64,000 bases of DNA from Candidatus Thorarchaeota archaeon (GTDB lineage: Archaea; Asgardarchaeota; Thorarchaeia; Thorarchaeales; Thorarchaeaceae): NCBI GenBank assembly GCA_046482545.1, contig JAWOEX010000039.1:96001-160000 (forward strand). Direction: 5' to 3'. A program made the position numbers and the translations under genes. The notes under the pieces are model-generated. The model searched no databases. It saw only the letters and a list, made by a program, of their open reading frames with translations, and had not been told where the DNA came from. This document shows, piece after piece, positions 30,570-40,896 of the stretch (position 1 is its first letter; every line of letters starts with the position of its first letter).

Positions 30570-31472
30570 ATGCAGCTCTCGCCAGATATCATAGCAGGTA
30601 CTGTCTCAGGAGTTCTTGGTGCTGCGCTTTATGCCCTTTCTGTCACTGTCTATCGACGGTATGCAGACAACATCGATGCCATTGCGGTGGCTTCAATCAA
30701 AATGTGGATAGCATTACCATTTACAGCTGTTCTGGCACTCATTCTCTTTTTTCCAGCTTTACCAACCATATCATTCATGACCATGGTCTTTCTGGCTCTG
30801 TCAGTCATTCTAGGTGCAGTAGTTGGGGATACCATATACTTGGTGAGTCAAGAACGTATCGGAGTATCAATCGCGTTCCCGATATCTATGAGCTTCCCAG
30901 TCTTAACATATATACTGACAATATTCTTTCTTGGAGAAGCGCTTATCCCTGTAAGATTAGCAGGCACCATTGTGGCCGTTCTGGGTGTCATCATAATCTC
31001 ACGGGAACAAGACACAGGTGGTGATGAACATGAGAGTGAGGGTTATGATGTTCTCGGCATATTTCTTGCATTTCTCACGTCGGTATTGTATGCTACTGGA
31101 GCTGTCATACTTCAAGTTGGAGTCACTGATGTGGATCCGATATCAGGAAACTTGGTTAGAATCTTTTTTGGTTCAATTGCGTTCCTTCCACTTTTTGCTT
31201 TCGGTAGAAAAAGGGGCATGCGCATACCTCCATTGCGGGTAATCAAGGTCGTGGCAGTTGCCGCCCTTTTTGGAATGGCGATTGGTTCAATACTCTACGT
31301 TAATGCGACAAAGCTCCTGGGGGCAGCTACTACATCTGTCATTGTCTCATCAGCCCCGATCTTTGCAGTTCCAGTATCCGTGAAGTACCTCAATGAGCGG
31401 GTGACTCCGCGCATGGTCATTGGTATCATCGCCACTATTCTTGGTGTCGCACTAGTAGTTCTGACTTCGTAG
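30570..31472 (+). CDS. EamA/DMT transporter
   Basis: SQERIGVSIAFPI, FLGE, LNERVT. Confidence 0.9.
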   Translation: MQLSPDIIAGTVSGVLGAALYALSVTVYRRYADNIDAIAVASIKMWIALPFTAVLALILFFPALPTISFMTMVFLALSVILGAVVGDTIYLVSQERIGVSIAFPISMSFPVLTYILTIFFLGEALIPVRLAGTIVAVLGVIIISREQDTGGDEHESEGYDVLGIFLAFLTSVLYATGAVILQVGVTDVDPISGNLVRIFFGSIAFLPLFAFGRKRGMRIPPLRVIKVVAVAALFGMAIGSILYVNATKLLGAATTSVIVSSAPIFAVPVSVKYLNERVTPRMVIGIIATILGVALVVLTS

Positions 31473-31542
31473 ATTTCGAATATCAGGCGAAAACAGAAGT
31501 GCTTATTTCATACAGAAAGGAATGTATTAGCTGTGCTGTAGA

Positions 31543-32892
31543 ATGAGTAACGAAATCGTCGAATACATAGAGAACCATCTAGAAGACGCCATTGAGGATC
31601 TCGGTGAATTGTGCTCGATTCCATCAGTTGCTGCAAAGGGAGAACATATGAAAGAGGCTGCCGGTAAAACCAAGCATCTATTTGAATCAGCCGGCTTAGA
31701 AACATCCATTCAGCAAACATCAGGGTTTCCAGTCGTCGTTGGTGAACTCGACGTAGGTGCTGAGAAGACACTTCTGTTCTACGATCATTATGATGTCCAA
31801 CCTGCAGAGCCATTCGACCTTTGGGATACGCCACCCTTTGAATTGAACCGGCGAGATGGAAGGCTGTACGGTAGGGGAGTTGCTGACAACAAAGGAGACC
31901 TCATAACCCGTGTTTGGGCTCTCAAGGCATTCCAAGATAGTGCTACCGATTTGCCGGTCAACATCAAATTCATGGCGGAAGGTGAGGAAGAGATTGGTAG
32001 CCCACACCTCCACGAATTTGTGAAGGAGAATAAGGATTTCTTAAAGGCAGATGGTGGTATTTGGGAATTTGGCAGTTCCGATATAGAGGGAAGGCAAGAA
32101 GTTTGGTTAGGCCTCAAAGGGCTCCTCTATGTTCAACTTGAGATTGAACGATTAGCTATGGATGCCCACTCTTCCTATGCATGCATACTTCCATCGGCAG
32201 CTTATCGCCTAATTTGGGCTTTGAACTCGCTGAGAAACGAAGACAATCAAATTCTGATTGATGGTTTCTATGATGATGTCAAACCACTTTCCGAAGCTGA
32301 ACGAAAGGCAATCATGAACAATGATATGCATGAGAATGAAGTGCGCGAGTTCTATGATATCCCTGAGTTTCTTAATGGCATGACAGGAATGGAGTTGAAA
32401 GAGGCCTTCTATAATGCACCAACCTGTAACATCGCTGGAATAGACAGTGGTTGGCAGGGTAGTGGGGCAAAGACTGTACTGCCAGCGAAAGCATCTGTCA
32501 AAATCGATTTCCGCCTTGTGGAATCCATGCGCCCCGAGGATATAGTCAGAAAGCTCCGAAAGCATCTGGATAGAAAGGGTTTCTCAGACATCAAAATCGC
32601 GTGGCATCATGGCTATCCAGCCGCCAAGACCCGAATTGACCATCCGTTTGTCGATATTGCAAGAAAATCTACTAGACAGATTTTTGGTCATGAACCCGTG
32701 GTACATCCGACGAGTCCAGGGTCCGGCCCGCTATATCTCTTCAAGGGATTGGTGCCAATGGTCTCGGTGGGTTGTGGTGATTTCGAGTCCAGAGTGCATT
32801 CACCCAATGAGTCTATCATTGTTGAGAATTTCCTGAAAGCAACACAACGAATAGCCGCAGTAATTCAAAAGATGGGGGAGCAAACCGTCTAG
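31543..32892 (+). CDS. M20 family dipeptidase-like metallopeptidase
   Basis: HYDVQP, GRGVADNKG, EGEEEIGS, HSPNE. Confidence 0.92.
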   Translation: MSNEIVEYIENHLEDAIEDLGELCSIPSVAAKGEHMKEAAGKTKHLFESAGLETSIQQTSGFPVVVGELDVGAEKTLLFYDHYDVQPAEPFDLWDTPPFELNRRDGRLYGRGVADNKGDLITRVWALKAFQDSATDLPVNIKFMAEGEEEIGSPHLHEFVKENKDFLKADGGIWEFGSSDIEGRQEVWLGLKGLLYVQLEIERLAMDAHSSYACILPSAAYRLIWALNSLRNEDNQILIDGFYDDVKPLSEAERKAIMNNDMHENEVREFYDIPEFLNGMTGMELKEAFYNAPTCNIAGIDSGWQGSGAKTVLPAKASVKIDFRLVESMRPEDIVRKLRKHLDRKGFSDIKIAWHHGYPAAKTRIDHPFVDIARKSTRQIFGHEPVVHPTSPGSGPLYLFKGLVPMVSVGCGDFESRVHSPNESIIVENFLKATQRIAAVIQKMGEQTV

Positions 32893-32947
32893 TTCTCAGG
32901 GCCACTTCCGAGTTTAGCCCACGCGTGGCCCACAATACTCACAGGTG

Positions 32948-33418
32948 GCCATGTTGCCAGATTCTGCTGATTCAGATTTTGAAAACTTGTTAGCGCCTGT
33001 TCAAGGTTAGTCTTTGCTTCAGAAAGCTGGCCTAGTCCACGAAGAGGATTCACCAGACCGAAAGCATTCCAAGGAATGTACCATTGGTCAACAGTACTCT
33101 CAGCAGGAATCTATCCCATTCTGTCGGAAATATGTAGTTCATTCTTTGAGCTGCAACTTGGCCTAATTCCCGGCTGGCAGCAGACTCATACCGCTTGGTA
33201 GGTGCTTCTTTCAATAGCTCTTCATAGCGTTGTTACGTACTGTTAAGGTCACATTGGTTCATTGTGCAATCAACCATGACACGCAGTGCTTCAGTGGCCC
33301 GTTCGGGTCTATCCCCTTTCAAGAAAGATTTCCGTCCCTGTTCCGCTAAATTGAGTGCCTCTGCAAATTGTGATCTTTGATGCATATCTGCAGCTTGTTG
33401 AGGAAGGTTCTCACAATT
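32948..33418 (-). pseudogene. Decayed TPR-like helical repeat protein
   Basis: Manual translation: QFAEALNLAEQGRKSF...ATEALRVM...ST*QRYEELL...ELGQVA, frameshift, LRGLGQLSEAKTNLEQALTSF. Confidence 0.65.
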
Positions 33419-33596
33419 TGATGAAATGACCTAGTTTCAAAGAAATTTGGCATATAAGGAGCTCTCATTACTTGTGAAAAGGCGCCGAAAGCCCTAGAGT
33501 ACTCACCCTAAGAAACCGCAAGATTTCTATCTTATAACCAGATTGTCTACAGTAGGCTGTTCACTACAGCAACACTTCACCGTCGGAGGTTAGACT

Positions 33597-35129
33597 TTGA
33601 AGGATATTCCACGTGATTGGTCCTGGATCGGAGACTGGGCTGGAAGAAGAGCGACGCTTACTCCCAACAAAGAAGCGTTTTTCGATAACACAACAGACAA
33701 ATTGTATACCTACGCAGAAATGGAAACGAGAGCAAACCAGCTTGCGCGAGTACTCCAAGAATACGACATCAAGAAAGGGGATCGAGTGGCAACATACGCA
33801 AAGAATCGGTTTGAAATGATCGACCTTTTTCTAGCTACCGGAAAGATTGGAGCAATACTAGTTCCATTCAATGTGCGGCTAGCACCAAGAGAAGTTGAAT
33901 ACCTTCGTAGGAAGACCGAGCCATCACTGACGGTTTACGATTCAGACATAGGCCAGAGCTTTGAGGAAGTCAGACCGGACCACAATGTCTTAGCAATGGG
34001 AGAACCCGTGAACGATGATGACCAAGATATTAACGAACTCATGACTGAAGAATCCGCCGAACCTGTAGAAAGACCTACGCTGGTATTCGACGATCCACAC
34101 ATGATTGTATTTACTGGAGGGACCACGGGGCTTCCCAAAGGTGCGATACTCTCACATCGTCTCATCTTCTGGAACTCGGTTAATACCTGCATGAGTTGGG
34201 GGCTTCGACCAGATGATGTCCAACCTTTGTTGTTTCCGTTGTTTCACACAGGAGGGTGGAACGTGCTTTTGGTGCCCTGTTATCATCTTGGCGCAAAAAC
34301 CATACTCATGGGAGATTTTGACCCCAAGGAAACATTGCGAGTTATCGAAGATGAGAAGTGCACCATAGTGATAGGCGTTCCAACCATGTTTCAGATGATG
34401 GCTCAACATGAGAAATTCAAGAAGACCGATTTCAGCTCGGTCAGGGTCTTCATAAGCGGAGGAGCTCCATGCCCAGTAGCAATTATGGAGAATTATTGGG
34501 AGAAAGGCAAGCCGTTCAAGATGGGGTATGGTCTAACGGAAGTTGGTCCAAACAACTTCTACCTTCCAATAAGTGACATCAAGAAGAAACCTAATTCTGT
34601 GGGGTATCCTGTACTCCATTGTGATATGAAAATTGCAAATGAGGATGGCGAGGAGGTTCCACAAGGCGATGTGGGAGAGTTGCTTCTCAAAGGGCCACAC
34701 ATATTCTCAGGATACTGGGATGAGCCTAAGGAAACGAAAAAAACGATTGACCCGGATGGTTGGGTACACACCGGAGATCTTTGCCAAAAGGACGAAGACG
34801 GGGCTTACTACATCGTTGGCAGGAAGAAGGACATGTTCATCTCAGGAGGAGAAAATGTGTATCCCCCTGAAATAGAAGATGTCCTCTATAAGCATCCTGC
34901 GGTGATGGAGGCTGCAGTCATTGGTGTGCCCCATGATAAGTGGGGCGAGGTTGGCAAAGCATTCATTATGCTGAAACCAAACAAGTCCGCAACAGTAGAA
35001 GAAATCAAAGACTACTTGGATGGCAAGATTGCGAAATACAAGAGTCCAAAATATTACGAAATCAGGGAGGATTTGCCAATGAGTGCTGCGGGAAAAATTC
35101 TGAAACGGCAGCTGGAAGAAGAGGAGTAA
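33597..35129 (+). CDS. Long-chain acyl-CoA synthetase (AMP-forming)
   Basis: FTGGTTGLPKG, GYGLTE, TGD, GRKKDMFISGGENVYP, GKILK. Confidence 0.93.
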   Translation: MKDIPRDWSWIGDWAGRRATLTPNKEAFFDNTTDKLYTYAEMETRANQLARVLQEYDIKKGDRVATYAKNRFEMIDLFLATGKIGAILVPFNVRLAPREVEYLRRKTEPSLTVYDSDIGQSFEEVRPDHNVLAMGEPVNDDDQDINELMTEESAEPVERPTLVFDDPHMIVFTGGTTGLPKGAILSHRLIFWNSVNTCMSWGLRPDDVQPLLFPLFHTGGWNVLLVPCYHLGAKTILMGDFDPKETLRVIEDEKCTIVIGVPTMFQMMAQHEKFKKTDFSSVRVFISGGAPCPVAIMENYWEKGKPFKMGYGLTEVGPNNFYLPISDIKKKPNSVGYPVLHCDMKIANEDGEEVPQGDVGELLLKGPHIFSGYWDEPKETKKTIDPDGWVHTGDLCQKDEDGAYYIVGRKKDMFISGGENVYPPEIEDVLYKHPAVMEAAVIGVPHDKWGEVGKAFIMLKPNKSATVEEIKDYLDGKIAKYKSPKYYEIREDLPMSAAGKILKRQLEEEE

Positions 35130-35135
35130 TCGTAA

Positions 35136-36164
35136 ATGAGTTACAAACCTATTGGCATTGAAGCTATTGGAACATATATCCCGCCAGAGCGACACACTGC
35201 TGAGTACATCTCCGAACGCTCTGGCACGCCTGTTGATATCATGAAAACCAAGATTGGGTTGAAGAGCAAGGCAGTTCCAGGGGACGGAGATCACACCGTG
35301 GCGATGGGAGTGAAAGCAGCTGAAGTCGCAATCAAAAGAGCAGATATAGACCCTGAGAAGGATATTGACCTAGTCATCTGGGCAGGAGAAGTGTACGCGG
35401 AGCATCCTATGCAGACATACGGCATCAAGTTTCAAGGAGATATTGGAGCAACCAATGCTTGGGCATTTGACATCAACCAGCGCTGTGGTACTATCATCGT
35501 TGCCATGATGGTAGCTAAATCTATGATGAGAACTCATGGCTATGAACGGGTTATGATTGGCAGTGGGTACAGAAACTGCGACCTAATAGACTACAGCAAC
35601 ATCACAACAAGGTTCATGCATGACCTTGCGGCTAGTGGGGCTGCAGTCATATTACGGAATGACTACCCCAAGAATGTGATGCAAGAAGGCAGTGTGATAT
35701 CTGATGGTAGATTCTCAGAATATGTCTATGTCCCTGCTGGGGGAACGAAAATGCCTATCACTTGTGAAGCGATAGAGAAGGGATTGCATTATCTGGATGT
35801 CACAAATCCCAAGAAATTGAAGGAAGAACTCGACGACGTCTCCATGGAGAACTTCCTAAAAGTAGTTGACCAATCTCTAGAGAGAAGTGGATATACACGT
35901 GAAGATATAGACTACCTGGGCCTCATTCGGATGAAGCGGAGTGCCTTCGAGTACGTTGCTGAGGAACTCGGAGTCGATCCCTACGAAGAATCCACTTACT
36001 TCGAAGAATACGGACACATGGGACAGAATGATGCCATTGTCTCAGTCGAAGAGGGTCGCAGAGACGGTAAGATACACGATGGGGATCTCGTTGTTCTGAC
36101 AGCGGCAGGGATTGGTTGGTCGTGGAACGCACTTACGATAGAGTGGGGGAACCATAGGAGGTAA
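35136..36164 (+). CDS. 3-oxoacyl-ACP synthase III-like (FabH/KAS III superfamily) protein
   Basis: NQRCGT catalytic Cys, GYRN, YGHMGQND, AAGIGWSW. Confidence 0.85.
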   Translation: MSYKPIGIEAIGTYIPPERHTAEYISERSGTPVDIMKTKIGLKSKAVPGDGDHTVAMGVKAAEVAIKRADIDPEKDIDLVIWAGEVYAEHPMQTYGIKFQGDIGATNAWAFDINQRCGTIIVAMMVAKSMMRTHGYERVMIGSGYRNCDLIDYSNITTRFMHDLAASGAAVILRNDYPKNVMQEGSVISDGRFSEYVYVPAGGTKMPITCEAIEKGLHYLDVTNPKKLKEELDDVSMENFLKVVDQSLERSGYTREDIDYLGLIRMKRSAFEYVAEELGVDPYEESTYFEEYGHMGQNDAIVSVEEGRRDGKIHDGDLVVLTAAGIGWSWNALTIEWGNHRR

Positions 36165-36169
36165 ATGAA

Positions 36170-36598
36170 GTGAATGATATTACAATTCCAAGATACTCAG
36201 AAATAGAAATAGGTCAGACCGCCGAAGTTAAACACACCATAACTGAAGAGGACATTCAATCCTTTGGCGAGCTGAGTGGCGACAGGAATCCCTTGCATTT
36301 CAATCAGGAATGGGCTGAACAAACAATGTTTAAGGGACGAATTGCCCACGGGTTGCTTACGGCTGCTTTTGTGAGTACTGCAATTGGTATGAAACTACCC
36401 GGCCCAGGTACGATATATGTCAGTCAACATATGAATTTCAAAAGGCCTGTTCGAATCGGGGATAGCATTACAACAAAGGTTGAAGTAGCGGAGAAGATGG
36501 ACGAGAAGAAGCATATCAAACTCAATACAACTGTAGTGAATCAGGATGGGAAAACGGTCCTAGATGGATATGCGATTGTAACCTTGATGCGTAGATAG
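36170..36598 (+). CDS. MaoC-like (R)-specific enoyl-CoA hydratase
   Basis: SGDRNPLH, IAHG, FKRPVRIGD. Confidence 0.92.
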   Translation: MNDITIPRYSEIEIGQTAEVKHTITEEDIQSFGELSGDRNPLHFNQEWAEQTMFKGRIAHGLLTAAFVSTAIGMKLPGPGTIYVSQHMNFKRPVRIGDSITTKVEVAEKMDEKKHIKLNTTVVNQDGKTVLDGYAIVTLMRR

Positions 36599-36642
36599 AA
36601 CTGAGGAGAAGCCTGTGAATACATCCACTGGATTTCACCCCA

Positions 36643-38466
36643 TTAAGAGGTATCCAAATCTTTTGGCAGTCGTATTTCAAATGTCGTACCATCGGACCCG
36701 GATTCATGAAGCGTGAATGTGCCTTCATAAGCCTCCACTACCCTCTTGCAAAGGGATAGGCCCATACCTCTTGTACCAGAATACTTTTGTCGAAACAACT
36801 TTGAACGCATTGACTCAGGAATTCCAGGTCCGTCATCGGAAACCATGACAATCACATCATCCTTGTCTTCGGATATCTCGATACTAACATGAGCATTAGA
36901 ACCGGCATGTTGAACAACATTTCTCAGAAGATTATCGAATACAGGCCCTACTAACTCTCCCATCTTCCGGTTTAGCTTCCTTCTGTTGCCCACCATTTCA
37001 GTGGATATCACCAGACCGGGATTGGCCTCTTTGGAGTGTTCGATTGATGTCTCGATAATGTCAATTAGACCATCATTTTCACCGGTTCTTGATTCCGCAA
37101 AGATCTTCAGAAGCTTGGCCATCCGCTTACTGGCTGCCCTGACCTGTTTGTATTGCGTTTTCATGTCCTGAGGATCCTCTAGCATTTCTACGTATTCCAA
37201 GCGATTGATTAGTACTTGAATGTCATTTGCAAGGTCATGCTTGAGGAGAGAAGTGTATAGCTCTAGTTTCCTATTGGATTCTTTCAAATTCCGCTCGGCT
37301 CTCTTTTGATCAGTTATGTCTATTGCAATCTCAAATCGTACTTGTCTGCCGTCAGGCCATCGTATTGTTCTATCAGTAACCAAGAGATCAACATCCAATA
37401 TTGGATTGTGATATTCCCATTGATAGGGTTCACCTGGATGTTCTAGTATTATCTCATTAGTGCAGAAATCACAGGGTTTGTCAAAGCCCTGGAATTCTTC
37501 GTAGCATTTCCCTCCCACCAAATCTCGACCGAACTTTTCTTTCAGGTATTGATTTACGAAGAGTACTTCGTAGCTTTCTGGGTCAGACACGTAGATAATC
37601 TCATCAATGCTATTGAAAATCTCCAAGAGCTGGCTTCTTTCTTTCTGAAGGTTTTCTTGGGCATATTTTCGTTCAGTTATATTTAGGTGTATCCCAGTAG
37701 CACGGAGGGGCTGTCCATTCTCTTTTCGCTCGACCACTTTTCCTCTATCTTCTATCCATACCCAATTTCCATCTTTTGCCTTCACCCGATGCTCGGATGC
37801 ATAGTAGTCCGTCTCTCCCTCCAAGTGCTTGTTTAATGTGTCCATAACCTTTGGAAGGTCATCAGGTTGAACCCTTTTTTTCCATGCATCCAGATTTGAT
37901 TCAATTTCCGATAAATCATATCCAATCATATTTGCCCACTTATCATTGAAAACCACTTCACCAGTCTCAATATTCCAATCCCACGTCCCTAACCCAGCCC
38001 CTTCGACGACAAAGCGCAGTCGCTCTTGACTTGCTTCCAATGCTTTCTTGTATTGCATTCGTTTCGTTATGTCTCGGGCTACACTGATGATGACTTGTTG
38101 CCCATCGTAGTCAGCAACAGAACTCGCAATCTCAACAGGTATCTTCGTTCCATCCTTGGTTAGATGGACACTTTCAAATACCAAATGACCATTTTTACGA
38201 ATCTTCTCAATGCGCTTATCAACCAGCGATGCATATTCAGAAGCGTCAATTTCCTTGGGACCAATGTCGAGGAGCTCATCTCGTGTATACCCCAAACGCT
38301 GGAGAGCTGCTGTATTAGCCTCTATGAAATTGCCGCTCATATCATGAATTAGAACTGCATCGTCTAAAGAATTTAGAAGTGCATAATACCTATCAGAAGA
38401 ATGGCCTTCTCGTTTCTTCTCAGGAGAATCAACCTTTTGCTGAGGCATTTTCTTTTCATTCACCAT
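36643..38466 (-). CDS. Cytoplasmic multi-PAS sensor histidine kinase
   Basis: Three PAS/PAC repeats, KHDLAN H-box, NLLRNVVQH, DDGPGIP, GMGL; no TM. Confidence 0.9.
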   Translation of the reverse strand: MVNEKKMPQQKVDSPEKKREGHSSDRYYALLNSLDDAVLIHDMSGNFIEANTAALQRLGYTRDELLDIGPKEIDASEYASLVDKRIEKIRKNGHLVFESVHLTKDGTKIPVEIASSVADYDGQQVIISVARDITKRMQYKKALEASQERLRFVVEGAGLGTWDWNIETGEVVFNDKWANMIGYDLSEIESNLDAWKKRVQPDDLPKVMDTLNKHLEGETDYYASEHRVKAKDGNWVWIEDRGKVVERKENGQPLRATGIHLNITERKYAQENLQKERSQLLEIFNSIDEIIYVSDPESYEVLFVNQYLKEKFGRDLVGGKCYEEFQGFDKPCDFCTNEIILEHPGEPYQWEYHNPILDVDLLVTDRTIRWPDGRQVRFEIAIDITDQKRAERNLKESNRKLELYTSLLKHDLANDIQVLINRLEYVEMLEDPQDMKTQYKQVRAASKRMAKLLKIFAESRTGENDGLIDIIETSIEHSKEANPGLVISTEMVGNRRKLNRKMGELVGPVFDNLLRNVVQHAGSNAHVSIEISEDKDDVIVMVSDDGPGIPESMRSKLFRQKYSGTRGMGLSLCKRVVEAYEGTFTLHESGSDGTTFEIRLPKDLDTS

Positions 38467-38740
38467 TATTCGTGAGGCTCCCGTAATGCTCTGAAACCGC
38501 TTTGGGTTGTGCCTTGAATCTTCATTGCGGCCCCAAGACCAAGTCTACTAAATTTTCCTGGTTTTCTATAAAAAGCATCCGAATCAGTGTACCCTCTCTT
38601 ATCATGTCTCCAAGTATTTCCACATTGTTTCTACATATTAGACTCGACTATTCTGTTTCTTTCAGAAAACCTTCCCCCTACGGCGCATATGTCTGAAATA
38701 CTATTCAAACAACCCGCTCCTTGCTTCAAGATGCTGTGTA

Positions 38741-39511
38741 TCATATAACAAATGATCGAACCTGTTCATTGAATTCCTCAGCATGATCCAATATAACAAG
38801 ATGGCCAGCATTGGGCACAATCACCAATTCCGAGTTCGGAAGCCATTCATGCAACATTTCAGAGGCCCACACAGGGGTTGTGATATCTTCCTCCCCAACA
38901 ATTAGGAGAGTGGGAACCTCTAAGTCACGTAAATGCTCACAAATATTGAACTTGGCTGATGCAGCCGTAGCAAGCATTGCGTCCTTTTTCGACATGTGAT
39001 CTGACATCTGTTTGGCTACCCACTCTGCTATTTCCTCATCGTATGGTGATAATCCTCTCTTGCTGATACCCATTGCAAAATCATGAACTGGGTTGCTCTT
39101 CACGCGGCCAAGTACGTCAGTCGTGGCTTCATCACTGACAAAGCAATACGAGCTGCTTATGACCATCCGGTCAACTGAATCTCGATTTTCAAGCGCGTAG
39201 ACCAATGCAACCATCCCACCCAATGAATGGCCGATGAAGATGAAATCATCATCCCATCCAAGATGGTCCAACAGAATCTCCATATCCGTGACATAGTTCC
39301 TAATGGTAAATCGCTCACCAGGCTTGATAGAGCGGCCGTGGCCATGTAGATCGAATCGCAGAACTTGGTAATCAGGTTCGAACACAGGTAGCTGGTATTT
39401 CCAACAATCCGCATTGAGGAAAAGGCCATGAATGAGAATTATCTTTTGGCCATTCTCGTTTCCGCTTACTTCATAGGCGATTTTCGTGTCTTCTTTTTCC
39501 AAGAGGTCCAT
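38741..39511 (-). CDS. Alpha/beta hydrolase
   Basis: IHG, DLHGHG, GHSLGG, GEED, AGH. Confidence 0.92.
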   Translation of the reverse strand: MDLLEKEDTKIAYEVSGNENGQKIILIHGLFLNADCWKYQLPVFEPDYQVLRFDLHGHGRSIKPGERFTIRNYVTDMEILLDHLGWDDDFIFIGHSLGGMVALVYALENRDSVDRMVISSSYCFVSDEATTDVLGRVKSNPVHDFAMGISKRGLSPYDEEIAEWVAKQMSDHMSKKDAMLATAASAKFNICEHLRDLEVPTLLIVGEEDITTPVWASEMLHEWLPNSELVIVPNAGHLVILDHAEEFNEQVRSFVI

Positions 39512-39618
39512 ACACTTCTACCCCTCATTTTTGAATAATTTGTGGGCCATAAATATCATCCGATGCTTTAAAGTAGGACCGTTTCTATAAGAGTAGTACT
39601 TACTTGGGGTGAGAAATT

Positions 39619-40794
39619 ATGACATCTCCAGAGGATAAAAGAGCAAAAGAGAAAGTGCTAATCCCAGAATCGCAAGAAGCACCAATTGTGATGGTTCCAA
39701 GATGGAAGCAACCAATATCGGGCATTGTTTCCCTCATCTTGGTCTTCGTGATTACCTTCTTGGTATGGTTTATCCCGGGCGTAGCGACACTTTCGTCGAT
39801 ACTAGCGGGATTCGGGATTATGGGAGTGATATTTGCCATCTGGTTTGAAAACTGGCCGATATCCAAGTTACGTGAGCCATGGAAGATTGGACTTGTAGCA
39901 ACAATAGTAAACATCGTCATAGCATTCGTGTTCTTCTTTGTTGCCAACTGGTTCTCTATGGTCTATAGTCCATGGATTGGGGTCACGGATCCTGCGGCGC
40001 ACATCGGAGTAGGTTGGGCGATATTCGGCTCACTATCGGCCTCGATGTTTTCATTCGCCGTTCTATGGCTGGCAGGTAGCATGTACTGGCCCTGGTTTGA
40101 TAAGAAACAGCCAGGTCGAGGAATCAGGTTATTCATCGTTGGATGGATAATCACAATCATCGTGTGGCTCTTGCTGTTCTTCCCGTACGGCAATCCCGAT
40201 GCAGTCCCAACAGACATCCAAAGTTGGGTTTTGCCAATGTACGGCATCAATATGGGCTGGACACAATGGACGATTTTCTTCTCCCTCCTTACGCTCATGG
40301 CTTTCGAGTATTGGCCGTGGGACAAGGCGGGAAAGCAGCCAAAAATTGGTGTCGCAGCTCTCATTGGTTGCAGCGTATTGGGTCTAGTGATGGTTTATCT
40401 CGCGGGCTACATCGTGGCATTTGTATTCGTGCCAGTTTTTGCCATGGTAGGATATCCGGTACCGGGCATCGAGCAGCTGACAGTTGGCATAGGTCTCATG
40501 AATGTGGGTTATGCTGATTGGCTTATCGTTGCTGTTGTGGTTGTATCACTATTCTTTGACAACTGGCCCAAAGGCTTTAGCCAAGGCAAGAATCTAGCAA
40601 TAAGATTCATTGCCATTCTGGTTATTGGTACGGTGTTGTTTGGGGCATTCTACCTGTATTCGCCGTTCTTAGGGGCAGCCTATGTTGGATCACCTTTCCA
40701 TGACAACCCCACGAGCTTCTTACTAATGCTCATATGGGTCCAACTTATATTCGCCTACCTATGGAAGAAATGGCCCGTAGCCGAAGCACTATAA
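39619..40794 (+). CDS. Polytopic membrane protein with repeated WP motifs, possible transporter
   Basis: ~10 TM; FENWP, MYWPW, FEYWPW, FDNWP, WKKWP. Confidence 0.7.
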   Translation: MTSPEDKRAKEKVLIPESQEAPIVMVPRWKQPISGIVSLILVFVITFLVWFIPGVATLSSILAGFGIMGVIFAIWFENWPISKLREPWKIGLVATIVNIVIAFVFFFVANWFSMVYSPWIGVTDPAAHIGVGWAIFGSLSASMFSFAVLWLAGSMYWPWFDKKQPGRGIRLFIVGWIITIIVWLLLFFPYGNPDAVPTDIQSWVLPMYGINMGWTQWTIFFSLLTLMAFEYWPWDKAGKQPKIGVAALIGCSVLGLVMVYLAGYIVAFVFVPVFAMVGYPVPGIEQLTVGIGLMNVGYADWLIVAVVVVSLFFDNWPKGFSQGKNLAIRFIAILVIGTVLFGAFYLYSPFLGAAYVGSPFHDNPTSFLLMLIWVQLIFAYLWKKWPVAEAL

Positions 40795-40805
40795 TAGTTT
40801 AATAC

Positions 40806-40842
40806 GGGGAGAGATGCTGTCTCCCCAATCCCTTTTCTTTTT
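40806..40842 (+). terminator. Hairpin plus T-tract
   Basis: ggggaga-gatgctg-tctcccc then ttttcttttt. Confidence 0.7.
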
Positions 40843-40896
40843 CTACCGTTATGTAAATAAGCCAAGAATGGCAACACTTACACTGAGGCTTGGAGC

